A DNA stretch of 63,657 nucleotides, filler included, from Vannella sp. (Eukaryota), in assembly GCA_023345925.1 (NCBI GenBank). It is 8 parts of 8 records of this genome, joined end to end, with 100 filler letters (N's around TTAATTAATTAA, not from the genome) between each part and the next. Parts side by side here need not be neighbours in the genome. Positions count along the whole stretch, not along the records: positions 1 to 13,818 come from JAJQQN010000836.1; 7 more parts are not named here. One strand, 5' to 3'. The notes below the pieces were generated by a model. That model was given only the letters and a program-made list of their open reading frames with translations. It was not told the origin of the DNA and ran no database searches. A program made the translations under genes and the position numbers. Shown here piece by piece: positions 1 through 12,004 of this stretch (position 1 is its first letter; every line of letters starts with the position of its first letter).

Positions 1-370
1 TGGCATGGGTAGACTTGCACGATGAGGTACTGAGTGCCACGTCACCATCGAGTGATTGCTTAAATGATCTGTGAACTCAACAACCAAAGTCCCTGGCAAG
101 CAAAAGAAGGCAAAGAGGGGATGGGGAACGAAAAAGGGAGGAAAGCGGAGCTCTTTGTAGTTTACAACTATCTTGCAATCCCCCTCAAGGGTCGAGAGAG
201 GTCTATGTTGGAGCTAGATGCTGGTGAGTCTCGATAATTGGCAGCTTCTCCCACTTGATCTCCACGAATCGAGGTTGAAAAGGCTAAATCAGAATACAAT
301 TTTTCTACGAATTTTTGCATTCTTTTGGTTCTTTTGGGGTTTCTGGTCATTCCTTCCCCAACACGGTTTG

Positions 371-2506
371 ATGGAAGGCTCGGACGAGGAACTGCTGTTG
401 GGACTTGATGACGAGGAAATGGGTGGGTTTGGGGTGGGTTGGGAGGAGTGGTGAGTGCTGACGAGGGAACAGAGTATTCCGAGCAAACGCTCGACGACTT
501 CGGATTAACAGATGCAGGTGACGAGGTTTTGGGGAACGAGACTGTGCAGAGCATCCTTAACGCTGGCCGGAGAGTGAGTGGTTGGATGATGCTCGCCTTT
601 GTATCTCATATCCCCAGACTATCGCTGCTTTGCGGGAGGAAGTCCGAGACAAGGAGCGTGATCTGACTCTCGCTTCTCAAAACCTGGAGACTGTCCTCAT
701 AAGCCAAGAGATAGTGAACCGCCCATCGTTCGAGCAAAAGTACTACGCAGTCAAACGAGAGCGCGATGACTTGATGCTCAAATGCGTCCAAACTCAGTCC
801 GATTTGGAGTCAGCTCGCCTCACGATAGCCAGTGCAATCACCAGCTTCACTAAGCGGGATACTATGGAGACCAAAGAGCCAAGTACCTTCTCACAGGAAG
901 GAATGGACCAAGTCCGAAATCCTACAGATCAGTCTGGGGGTGTTAACGACATCAGTTCCCTCCTAGATGACCTCACAAGAAAGATGCAAATCGAACTGAA
1001 TGACGAAGGAATCGAGCCTCCCATGTTACTAGAGTTTTTGAAGAACCTTCACCGCCACAAGGAGAACGAGAAGGGGACTATTCTCTCTCAGCTTCAACTC
1101 CTCACCGAGGACATTGAAAAAGTGGAGGAAATGGTGAAGACAATGCCTTCAGCTGCTCCTCGAAACTCGCGGGGCAGGTCAACGTCATCTCTTGGGAAAC
1201 GCGGACGTGAACAGATGGAGGATGAGGATGAGGAAAGAAACGAGCGGAAAAGGAGCAAACTTTTTGATTCTCGGTTCTCCCAAGACCTCGAATCATCCTA
1301 CTTTATGACAAGGACTGCCTCTTCCAATTCCGAGAGTGCATTACAAACTTTCAGCCAACATCTGTCGACTGTAAGTTAACTTGAGTTTCTCAGAGCCTGC
1401 CTCACCCCTTTTCAGTTCACGAGATTCACAAAATTGGACCCTTTGGCGACTTTGGGGTACCGCCCTCGTTTTGACTTCTCCTTGACGAAGCTTCGGATAG
1501 GCGCGATTGAATTTGACAGAGACGAAGACTTTTTCGCTGTTGGGGGTGACTTGAAAGAGATTCAAGTGTTTCCTTTCAAACAAGATGATTTGGACTCGAG
1601 CACTTTAGAAGAGGAAATCGGTCCTCTTCAGAGTTTCTCTACTTCTGGTAGGATCACTGGATTATCTTGGAGTACCCACAGCCGAGGACAACTGTGCGCT
1701 TCAGATTCGTCAGGCATTGTCAGTATTTGGGATGCTGCATCCGGCTCTGAATTGGTCAGCTTAAATGAATACGGAGGAAGAGCAGCCTATTCTGTAGATT
1801 ATTCGCACACTCAGCCTGGTGTTCTGGCTTCCGCAGGACACGATGGAACTGTTCGCCTGTGGGATGTTCGTGACCCAACCTCCTCAAAATCAGTCATACG
1901 ATCCTCCGCAACCATCTGTGCTGTTCGCTTCAACCTAACAAAAGACTACGAACTAACTTTCGGAAATAGCAACTCAGTGGTGAGTTTGTCGATTCGAATT
2001 GGAGACACTATGATGACTCACTCCCCACAGGCTCTTGTTTATGACACCCGAAAGATAGACAAGGAGCTCCACGTCTTAGCAGAGCACAAAGGAGCTATTT
2101 GTGGAATATCTTATCACAAACATAACCAGCTCTTCACACAGTCAGTGGATGGGACCATCAAACTGTGGGATTTCGCAACCCCAGAGAAAGCTATTCGTAC
2201 CTATTCAGGGTAGGTCAACAGACATGCTCGAAGGATTGCTAATCCCTTCGGAACAGACACAAAAACACTCGAAACGTGACTGGATTAACCGCTAGGAAAG
2301 ACCACATTGCCTGTGGCAGTGAGGATAACACCGTTGTTGTCTTCAACCATCTTATCTCTTCGCCTTTCTTGAAGCACTCTTTGGACACAGGAGTGAAAGA
2401 GCAAGATGCTCATCGCTTTGTCAGTGCTGTCTGTTGGAACCGACACGCCAACATCATGATTGCGGGCAACGATGCCGGCATCATCCGCATCGCAAGACTC
2501 TCCTAA
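371..2506 (+). CDS. COP1/RFWD2-like coiled-coil + WD40 protein with no RING domain seen (multi-exon)
   Basis: COP1-type motifs: LLEFLKNLHRHKE..QLQLLTEDIEKVE, IEFDRDEDFFAVGG, HIACGSEDNTV, FVSAVCW..MIAGNDAGIIRI. Short GT-AG introns (e.g. 574-617) link the ATG at 371 to the ORFs at 582, 1434 and 2276. Confidence 0.8.
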
Positions 2507-2563
2507 ATATCACCAAAGATAAACACAATCAATCCTATCCCGGATCAAACGTTTGAAATCGAT

Positions 2564-2617
2564 CCAATCGCGATTGGTCCGATGAAATCCGATTGGTTCG
2601 ATGAAATCCGATTGGTT
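2564..2617. promoter_or_regulatory. CCAAT-containing palindrome plus a 19-bp tandem repeat upstream of the kinase gene
   Basis: Perfect palindrome CCAATCGCGATTGG at 2564-2577, then about 2.5 copies of CGATTGGTYCGATGAAATC at 2571-2617, about 70 bp before ATG 2689. Confidence 0.4.
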
Positions 2618-2688
2618 GCCGCAAATTGGAACAAACAAGTTCTCAATGGCCTTGTCCCCATTCCTTTTGTGTACCTCCACAGGGTACT

Positions 2689-4540
2689 ATGGCTCTCCGT
2701 CGTAGAGCTATTACTCGGGAGACAGCTGTTTCCTTTACGCTGCGAAAGAGATCTCTCTCTTCTGATAACTTGAGGAACCAAGTGGAATCTTCGGAGGAGG
2801 AGGAGAAGAGCGAGTTTACTCTCACTACTTCGAGGGCTATCAAACGCTTGAGTTCATCAATCTCAGTCTCATCTACAAAGAGATTGTCTGAAGCCCCACC
2901 GCCTCCCTTCTCTATCATGGAGACTAAAAAGGTCCAGACAGTTAGGGTCATCGTCAAAGCACCAGAAGGGGACCGAACGATGTGGTTCACCTTTCCTAAC
3001 AAGTCAGAAGCATCCGTTGTTGATGTAGAAAAGGCCATACGAAGCCACCTGCAGTAAGCAACAAGACTCCTTTCGTCCTCTCTCTCACTTTGAACAGAGA
3101 GTCTGCAAGGGGTTCATTCCGCAAGTCTGATGCTCCCTTCTCACAGTCTCCGTTCGAATCGTTCTCTTTACACTCCGACGGCAATCCCATTGGCCTACAA
3201 GAGATGATGAACTGGCGCTGGAGTGAAACCAAAGTCTTCACCTTCGAGAAGGCGACCACACAACACCAGAAAGTCTCCAAGAACGCCTTAGTACGCATCG
3301 CTCGGAGTAGATCATCACACTCAGAGGTATCTACCCCCACCCGAACCCCAAAGAACTCTGTGGACGTCCTCCGCGCTGAGGTAGCAATGTGCCACGATCA
3401 ACTGAAAGCGCTACGTACCGAGTTAGAGGTACGAAGTACTACTTGAGAGAGCCTACCCCCAAAGTACTAACCTTCCTCCTGGCCAGTATGCGAAACAGAA
3501 GAATCCTCGCCTCTTGAACGAAGTGGTTCCATTTAAGGTCCTTGGAAGAGGTGCTTCTGCTGTTGTGAAGAGCTGCTACGTTGATGGTACGTCTCCCTCT
3601 TTCCAGGAGAAGACCTGACAGTGTGCGAAGGCTTCATCTGCGCCATGAAAGAGGTCAATCTCGACTTTGTGGACAATATCAGCGAGATTGAGGTGTTGGA
3701 GAAGCTACCTCCTCATCCCAACTACGTCCAGTACTTCTCTCATCGAGTAGTGGACAACAAAATGCAGATCTTCCTGAAACAGTACTCGGGAACCCTCATG
3801 GACATGATCCACAAGCACAGTGACGCCAACCAACGCTTCACACCTCTTGAGATAGTCAACATCCTTCGAGATGTAGCTGATGGACTTCATTTCCTCCACA
3901 AGAACAAGGTCATCCATCGTGGTGCGTCCCTTTTCTGAGCTCTGTGGCGCTCTTTCTCACTTATTGACTCCTTCAGACCTGAAATCAGAGAACATATTCA
4001 TTCAAGAGACAGAAGGTGGTATCGTGTGCGCCATCGGGGACTTGGATACCGCGAAAATCATCTCCTCGTCCTCGAAGGCCAAGACTGTAATCGGTACGCC
4101 TGCTTTCATTGCCCCAGAAGTTCTGGAATCCATGAACGAGAATGTGTATACGTCCAAAGTGGATAGTACGTATCTCCCTCGCCTTTTCTTTGCTTCGTCT
4201 CACACAAAGTTCAGTTTTCTCCTTTGGAATGATCACCTTTGAGCTCCTCGCCCTGCATCTTCCTTACACAGAGGTGAAACAATCATGGAGAGTCTCTCAA
4301 TGTATCATCGACGGCATCGCACCGAGACTTCCCGAAGGTCTCGGGCCAGAGTACCAACCTCTCATCGAACTCTTCGAAAAGTGTATTTCTAAGTCTGCCA
4401 GCTCCCGCCCACGAGCCTCCCGTCTCAAGAGCAAACTCAAAGCTATTCACAAGTCCCTCACGTCCACCACCTCTTCCTCCTCCACCCTCGGCGTCCCCGA
4501 ACCCGAGTCCTCCGCCTCCTCTCTCTCAGAAGAAGGCTAA
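2689..4540 (+). CDS. Ser/Thr protein kinase with N-terminal extension (multi-exon)
   Basis: Motifs LGRGASAVV, CAMKEV, HR|DLKSENI, GDLDTAK, GTPAFIAPEVL and SFGM lie across exons separated by ~45-nt introns. Confidence 0.9.
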
Positions 4541-4604
4541 AATGGTACAAATTGTTTTATGTGGCCATCCATTGAATGACTCTATTGAATGGGGCCATTT
4601 TATT

Positions 4605-5696
4605 ATGTTCTTGCGCTCGTCGCGGGGTTTGGCTCAAACTGGGGCCAGGAGGTTGGCTGTGGCTTCTTGTGTTCGGCCTGTGGGTGTTTGTGGGCGGGTG
4701 GAATGGAAGAGCTTTTCTACTGCACCGGGAGGGTTTGATGCGAATCTGTTTCAAGCGTTGAACCTCCATACGGAGGATCCGGCTTTCATGAAGAAGGATC
4801 CCCTCTTTGTAAGACTTTCTTTGGTATTGGGAAGGTTCTGATGGGGAGTAGCAAACAAGGACAGAAGGCGAGCCAGGGACAAAGGAATACCGAGTGATCA
4901 TCATCCTCAGTACGCCTGGAATGGTCGATTTACAACGAGCTTCTCCCTACTTTGCCATTCCTCTGTACTCCAAAGAAGACGAGAACTTGATCCACATGGT
5001 TTGCGAGATCCCCAAGGGCACTGTGGAGAAGATGGAGGTCAACTTCGATGACGATGACCACGCCATCATGCAGGATATCACTGACGAAGGCCGGCTTCGT
5101 GTCTACAAGCATGGAGCAATGCCATACAACTATGGTATGCTCCCTCAGACCTATCAGGACCCGGAGTACGAGTGCGAGCGAACGGGCCTTGAAGGAGATG
5201 GAGATCCTCTTGATGTGATCGAGATCGGCTCTCAAACACTCAATGTTGGTGAAGTGGTCAAGATCAAGCCTTTGGGAGTCCTTGCACTCGTGGATGAGGG
5301 CGAAATCGACTGGAAAATCATCGGAATCAACGCCAAAGACGACATGGCCGCACATCTCGAAGGTAAATTGCTCTCTGATTGCTCTGGCACTCTCTGACAC
5401 TCTTCCTCAACAAAGATATCACTGATGTGGAGGAGATGAAGCCAGGACTTCTCTCTCAGATCAAGGAATGGTTCCGCGTTTACAAACTGGCGGAAGGGAA
5501 GGAGGTCAACTCCTTTGCATTGAACGGAGAGTACCAGAACCGTCAATACACTGAAGCCCTGATTGCAGACTGCTATGAGAGAGTCTTTGACATCCTCCCA
5601 CGAATGTTCGCCGAGCACGAGAAAGAGTTGAAGAACAATCAAGTCAAGAAAGGCCCACAACGCGGCCGCCGTCCTAGGGTACCCCACATCTACTAG
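4605..5696 (+). CDS. Family I soluble inorganic pyrophosphatase, probably mitochondrial
   Basis: CEIPKG, YNYGMLPQTY, GDGDPLDVIEIG, LVDEGEIDWKII and WFRVYK motifs. The Arg/Ser-rich N-terminus resembles a mitochondrial presequence. Confidence 0.92.
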
Positions 5697-5798
5697 GCCT
5701 TTGACTAAATAGACCTCGCCAGAACTAAAGCATCCAAAGAGCACACTTGGAGGGAGATTTTCCCGCCTTTTTTGCCATTCTTTAGGGGTCTAGCGGCG

Positions 5799-7084
5799 AT
5801 GGAGAGGGAGCCAACCTGGAAGTTCACTCCAAAGCACCATTGGAGTGTCAAAAACCATATGCTGAGCGGGATCTGCTTCCTCGCGTGGGTAAAGATGCTT
5901 TGGAGGCTGCGCGAGGATGTGGATTGGTTCTGTTACTGGCATAGACTGCTGTTCCTCACTCTGATGAGTCTGTTCAACTCACTTTTGGCTCTGCCAGACT
6001 GGATCTTGTATAGCAGCGCTATTCAGAAGGAGCACATCAACCCAAGGCCTGTTTTCATCCTCGGACACCCAAGAACTGGGACAACTCACCTCCACAACCT
6101 TCTCTCGCTTGATACAGAGCAGTTCATCTTCAGCAACACCTTTCAAGTAGGGTTTCCTTCATCCTTCCTCTGTAATGAGGCCTTGGGCTCTCGTCTTTTG
6201 GCTCCCATCCTCGATGACACTCGCCCGATGGACAATATGGCGCTCTCCTTCAAGATTCCTCAAGAGGACGAGCTAGCACACAACGTGTTGTCTTCTGGGT
6301 GCTCCCCTTACATGCCATTGGTATTCCCAGCGAGCCACAAGCGGTTCCGCCCGTTCTTTACCTTCGAGGATGGTTGTTCGAAGGCTGACTTCGAGAGCTG
6401 GGCGGATTCCTTCACGTTCTTCTTCAAAAAGGTTTGGACTTGGCTTTAGCAATGACGTCGCACTGCTAATCTACTCTGGAGTGCAGCTGACACTGAAAAC
6501 TCGAAGGGAAAGGGGTGATGAGGCAGCAAGGGACTTGCGCTTGTTGATCAAGAGTCCCGTTCATACTGGCCGAGTGAAGCTACTCCTCTCCTTGTACCCA
6601 GATGCCCAGTTCATCTACATTCATCGCCATCCCTTCCAAGTCTTCCAAAGTGCCATTCACATGGCTGGTAAGTGACTTGACCGTCTTTCTCTCAGCACCC
6701 TGACAGATTGGTCCATCAGATACGTACTATTGGTATTGTCATCTCCAAAAGCCAACTGATGAAGCCATGACGGAGTTCATCCTGCACCAGTACGAACTTC
6801 TCTTCGAAAACTACTTGGCAGACCGCTCGCTGGTTCCCCAAGGGAACCTGTTAGAGCTTTCTTTTCGTGAGTTGGATGCCGACCCTCTCAAGGAGATCGA
6901 GAAGATCTACGACCACTTTGGGTGGGCTGGGAAAGAGGCCATGGGGGAACGGGTCCGGGCCTATACTCAATCCTTGGCGGACTTTAAGAAGAACGACCAT
7001 CGACACCTTCCTGAAGAGTGGAAGCGAATCATTTACGCCAAATGGAAACGCTCTTTTGACGAGTTTGGGTACCAGAATGAATGA
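5799..7084 (+). CDS. PAPS-dependent sulfotransferase (Sulfotransfer_3 / Stf3-like)
   Basis: 5'PSB loop PVFILGHPRTGTTHLHNLL, PQEDE, LLIKSPVHTGR and FIYIHRHP. Two short introns. Confidence 0.85.
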
Positions 7085-7170
7085 ATTCCAGCTCCTCCTC
7101 TCCTCTGCTTGAATAGCCACTTCCTTGCAGCAGAGAGAAGAGCAATCCGCTAGATAAGCTGTAGTACTCA

Positions 7171-7860
7171 CTATTTATGCTCCCTCTGCATGATTGGAGA
7201 GCGGAATTGCAGTGTCTGTGAACAGAATAGGAGTAGATTTGGTGGTTATCTGGCATACCAACTCGACTAGAACAGCTGCTTTTGCCTTGACTTCACTTAG
7301 CTGTGATTCGAGACTCTTCCGGGATTCCTGTGCCGAATGGAGTCAGGAAGTTCGTTCCCTCATTTGACTGGATCTTACTGATGCTTGGTCCAACTGTTGT
7401 GTTTGCTTCTCTATGAGCCGCTGTTGACTCAGTAGTTTCTACCCGAATGTAAGAAGATCCAGCGTTGGATGGTGGTGGGACCGCTCACAGCTTCCATTGC
7501 CGCTTGGGATTGAATGCTTGCGTGAAGCTGTGAAGCTAGCTGTGCAACAGCAATCTCTAGTTGACCCAGGTTGAGGGCTTGGTCTGCATGGATCTGCATC
7601 TTCCCCAAAGCGAGTTCGCTCAGACTTTCGCATCTCTTCTCCAACACTTGAGATCGTGAGATGGCGCACCATGAATGAATGTCAAGATAGGCTCACCTTC
7701 GTATCTTTGCTGGCCTTCTTCGACTGCCCTTTGTGCTTCCCCGAGTTCATCCTCTCCAAGAGTTGGTCAGGAGCTCTCAGTGTCCCTCTATCTCTCCCAC
7801 CTTCAGCTTTTCGACACAATCCACAACTAGATCAAGCTTCTTTTCATTTCCCGCCATCAT
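7171..7860 (-). CDS. Hypothetical small multi-exon coiled-coil protein (3' end uncertain)
   Basis: MMAGNEKKLDLVVDCVEKLK | DELGEAQRAVEEGQQRYE | LEKRCESLSEL... joined by GT-AG introns. The phase of the downstream exons is ambiguous. Confidence 0.35.
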
Positions 7861-7926
7861 TGATTGTAGCAGGAGAGTCTTTCGTTCCAAATCACCCGCC
7901 TGCGCCAGGGAAGCAATAGACATATG

Positions 7927-7973
7927 ACCCTCACTTCACCCTCATTTCACCCTCATTTCACCCTCATTTCACC
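7927..7973 (+). repeat. 11-bp tandem repeat (ACCCTCAYTTC x4) abutting the RCC1 start codon
   Basis: Four direct copies followed by ACC-ATG at 7974. Confidence 0.9.
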
Positions 7974-9035
7974 ATGCCCCAGAGCAACAGCACGTTTGTC
8001 CTTTCCCTTGAGGGGGACCTCTGGGCCTTTGGATGGAACAACGAAGGTCAACTTGGTCTTGGTCACCAGAACCATCAATACGTTCCAGCAAAGGTCTCTT
8101 GGAATGGCCCGGAGCCGGTTCAAGTGGACTGCTCGCCCAGTCACTCCCTCGTTCTGGATGCGGAGGGTGGTGTGTGGGAGGCGGGTCGTTCTCGGGCATC
8201 ATCTCCTTTTCTAACATTTCAACGAGCTTCAGAACTCCCTCCTATTGCACTAGTGGCTGCTGGTATCTATCACAACGCTGCACTCGACACCAACGGTGGC
8301 CTTTGGGTATGGACGAGGTTGACCGATCTTTCTTGGGCGAGTGTTCTTCCCCAACCAGTAAAGGGCCTCCCTCCGCTCATCAAGGTGGCTTGCAGCCGCC
8401 ACTTCCTCGTTGGAGAGGCAGAAGAAGGCCTCTGGGTGTTGGGCAACAACTCCTTCGGGAGTTTGGGCCTCGGACACACTAACTTTGCTTTCCATCCCAC
8501 TCCTATCCAGGTAGAGGAGTGTTCTGAAGGGAGTTTTCGATGCCTGGCTGCCCTCGATCAAGGTGTGATTGTCGTCGACTCCCAAGGAGCCGTCTTCTCA
8601 GCTGGACTCAACTCCTCTGGTCAACTTGGGCGGGTTGTTGGAGACTGTAAGAAGCTCCAACGGGTCAGCAACATCCCTCCCATGCTGGGAGTCTCGTGCG
8701 GATACGATCATACTCTCGCCCTGGACGAGAGTGGCAGCGTCTGGACCTGGGGAAATGGCAGATATGGGCAGCTGGGAATGGGCAACTCTCTCGTTCAGCA
8801 CCAACCCGCTTTGGTCCCTTCGTTGGAAGGAATCTGTGCCCTTGTCGCTCTCGGACACCACTCTTTGGCCTTCCTAGAGGATGGCGGTCTGCTGGTCTTC
8901 GGATGGAACTCTTCCAGACAGCTTGGACTCAACCACACAACCAGCCTTCATGTTCCCACACTATCCCCTCTTCAGTGCACCTGTCCCTTCTCAGGCCCTT
9001 GGAAAAGAACGCGTCAGAAGAGCGCACGCTTCTGA
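7974..9035 (+). CDS. RCC1/BLIP-II repeat beta-propeller protein, intronless
   Basis: Repeated units FGWNNEGQLGLG, GNNSFGSLGLG, VSCGYDHTLAL..WTWGNGRYGQLG. Confidence 0.9.
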   Translation: MPQSNSTFVLSLEGDLWAFGWNNEGQLGLGHQNHQYVPAKVSWNGPEPVQVDCSPSHSLVLDAEGGVWEAGRSRASSPFLTFQRASELPPIALVAAGIYHNAALDTNGGLWVWTRLTDLSWASVLPQPVKGLPPLIKVACSRHFLVGEAEEGLWVLGNNSFGSLGLGHTNFAFHPTPIQVEECSEGSFRCLAALDQGVIVVDSQGAVFSAGLNSSGQLGRVVGDCKKLQRVSNIPPMLGVSCGYDHTLALDESGSVWTWGNGRYGQLGMGNSLVQHQPALVPSLEGICALVALGHHSLAFLEDGGLLVFGWNSSRQLGLNHTTSLHVPTLSPLQCTCPFSGPWKRTRQKSARF

Positions 9036-9244
9036 AAGGTTGGCTTCTGACAACACCAGATGATCTGACTGCCTCAAACATGCCCGGAAGCCCACTAGAG
9101 GGAGCTGGTGGGCGAAAGGCAACGACCTTTCCGATGATGACCTGGACCAGCATGGGGCTCAATAATATAATGGACACGCTCAGAAGGGAAAATGAATCCC
9201 AATAAACAATGTTAATTCTGAGGCTCATTTATTTCTGGCTGGGG

Positions 9245-10744
9245 ATGAGCGCAAGCGAGAACGCCAGCCTGTTGGAAGAGTTCGATTGGGGAGAGGATGA
9301 GGCAATGAAGGAAGTTGTCTCGCTCTCTGTAGAGCAGATCCAGTTACGGACTCAAGCATTGGAGAACGAGATCCGTTTTTTGGACACAGAACTGCGACGT
9401 GTTCGCAGCGAAACCCGAAGCGAAGGGAGCCGAGCCAAGGAGAACCAAGACAAAGTGAAACTCAACAAGCAGTTGCCTTGGCTTGTCGGAAACATTGTCG
9501 AAGTAAGCAGGATGACGAGGTTCCACTTTTCACTGACTTCCCCTCCCCTGCTTGCCTTCAGGTTCTTGATAACCCAGAAGATGCTAATCCCGAGGACGGC
9601 TCAAGCGCAGAGACGGACAAAAACCACGCCAAAGCTGTGGTTATCAAGACCTCCACCAGACAGGTCAGTTCGTGATCATGAAGGGGTCTTTATCATTGAC
9701 TCTAGTCTCTATGGCGTGTAGACAATCTATCTTCCTGTTCCTGGTCTTGTGGATATTGATCTGCTGAAGCCAGGAGAGCTGGTGGGTGTGCACAAGGACA
9801 GTTACCTCGTGCTCGACCTCCTTCCCTGCGAGTATGACGCTCGTGTGAAGGCAATGGAGGTTGACGAGAAGCCTTCCGAAGACTACGGAGACATTGGGTT
9901 CGTTAGAGCCTTTACCAATGGGCTTTGAACTAACCTCTCGGCCCAGAGGTCTGGAGAAGCAGATCACGGAGTTGAAGGAAGCTGTGGTTCTTCCTTTGAC
10001 GCACAAGGACCTCTTTGAAGAGATTGGAATCAGAGCACCCAAGGGAGTCATCCTCTATGGCCCTCCAGGAACAGGAAAGACGCTGATGGCCCGTGCATGC
10101 GCTGGGCAGACCAAGTCCACCTTCTTGAAGCTGGCTGGTCCTCAGCTAGTTCAAATGTTCATTGGTGATGGCGCCAAACTCGTGCGCGACGCTTTTGCTC
10201 TCGCAAGAGAGAAAGCGCCCACCATTATCTTCATTGACGAGTTGGACGCCATCGGCACGAAGCGCTTCAACAGTGAGAAAGCAGGTGACCGTGAGGTACA
10301 GCGAACCATGTTGGAGCTGTTGAACCAGTTGGACGGCTTCAGCAGCAACGATGACGTCAAAGTCATCGCAGCCACTAACCGAATCGACATTCTCGACCCC
10401 GCGCTCCTCCGATCAGGGCGAATCGATCGTAAGATTGAGTTCCCTCTGCCCAACGAGGACGCTCGTGCCCGCATTCTTGTCATTCACTCTCGCAAGATGA
10501 AGATCTCTGCTGGTGGGTACTTCCTTGTGGTCTGAGCGCACTTCTAACAAACTCAGATGTCAACTTTGATGAGCTGGCACGGTGTACTCAGGACTTTAAT
10601 GGCGCCCAGTTGAAGGCTGTCTGCGTGGAGGCTGGCATGCTGGCCCTTCGTCGAAGCGCCAAGGAACTGCAGCACGAAGACTTTGTGGAGGGCATCGGCG
10701 CAGTCCAAGCCAAGAAGAAGAAGAGTTTGGCGTACTACGCCTAA
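9245..10744 (+). CDS. PSMC3: 26S proteasome regulatory ATPase RPT5 (subunit 6A)
   Basis: [66 protein letters not shown] and C-terminal HbYX tail YYA. Four introns. Confidence 0.97.
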
Positions 10745-10814
10745 CCGCAGTAACCATAAACGCAGCACCAACAAGCCCTCTCGTTAGTTGTAGTATTTAG
10801 ACAGAGGTTACAGG

Positions 10815-11185
10815 TTAGAAGGAAGGGCTGGCAGGTTTAGGCTTGTAGAAGGTGTAGTAAGAGAAGAAGACAATAGTGGCTGTCTGGGCCAGGAGGCGGT
10901 ATCGCATCATCATCTGCGACTTGACCTTATCCCCTGATCGGAAGGCCCCGATTCCCTTTACTAATGCAGTGACTGTAAGTATGCAGCCTGGTACCCTCTA
11001 TGTTAATCGCGCACTCCCAGGGACTATGAACACCAACCAATGGGGACCAGAGGTTCCTGCTTGCACTTCTGCCACAAGCTCATCCGCGCGTACATTCGAA
11101 TGTTACCCGCATCATCATACTGCACGGGGTTGTAGTTGGAAGGCAGACGTGCCTCACCCAAGTAGCGGGTTGTGTCATCCGACAT
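10815..11185 (-). CDS. HIG1-domain protein (Rcf1/HIGD2-like respiratory supercomplex factor)
   Basis: Spliced sequence QKCKQEPLVPIG|CILTVTALVKGIGAFRSGDKVKSQMMMRYRLLAQTATIV. Confidence 0.88.
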
Positions 11186-11288
11186 CGCAGTATCAAGAGG
11201 AAATGCTCTGACTAAGCAGGACCCTAAAATTAATGTTATTCCCAGCGCTGCCATTCCTGAGCATTTTTGTTTGCATTTCCCCTTCGCC

Positions 11289-11938
11289 ATGGGCACGCTG
11301 ACAGGTGAGCGCGGCGGGTGGAAGATGGAAAGTGTGCTGAGAAGGTCTGTGGGGCAGATCAACTCTTTAACTTGAAGTTTGCGTCGAAGCAACTGCAGAG
11401 GCAGTCGACGCGCTCTACCAAGGAGATTAAGAAGGAGAAGATGAAGCTGAAGAAGGCTATCGAGCAGGGAAATGCTGATGGTGCTCGTATCTACGCGGAG
11501 AACGCCATCCGCTATCAGTCGCAGAGTCTCAACTATCTTCGTATGTCCTCTCGCATTGATGCAGTGGCCTCGCGATTAGAAGCTGCCATCCGGATGAACC
11601 AAGTGTCGCGCGTGATGGGCAATATTGTCGTGGGTATGGACAAGGCGATGGCTGCCATGGACATGAACAAGATTGCTGCCATCATGGACAAGTTTGAGCA
11701 ACAGTTTGAGGACATGGACGTTCAGAGCCAGTACATGGAGAATGCAATGAACCAAACCACCGCCATGAGCACTCCACAGGATCAAGTGGATACTCTCATT
11801 ATGCAAGTGGCTGAAGAGAACGGACTAGAGTTGGCAGAGACTCTGGGATTGGCAAAGACAGGAGAAAAGCCTGCTGATGCAGCTGTGGCCGAGCAGGACG
11901 AGCTCACAGCTCGTCTTGCTGCCCTCAAGTCACTTTAA
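11289..11938 (+). CDS. CHMP1: ESCRT-III associated CHMP1/Did2/Vps46
   Basis: LFNLKFASKQL, ARIYAENAIR, MDKFEQQFEDMDVQ and C-terminal MIM1 DELTARLAALK. One intron after codon 5. Confidence 0.95.
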
Positions 11939-12004
11939 CGTTCTTCTACACGCCTCTTCATGAATATAAGTCATGTATTGTGAACCATTCCGTTGGTAGC
12001 GTGT

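Noticed and set aside
1..360. Possible gene fragment at the window start
   Set aside because: No interpretable reading frame or motif.
2571..2617. CRISPR-like repeat
   Set aside because: Tandem 19-bp units with no spacers, no cas genes, and a eukaryotic context.
9133..9222. Possible box C/D snoRNA (ATGATGA ... CTGA) upstream of RPT5
   Set aside because: No convincing terminal stem and no rRNA-complementary guide that I could identify.
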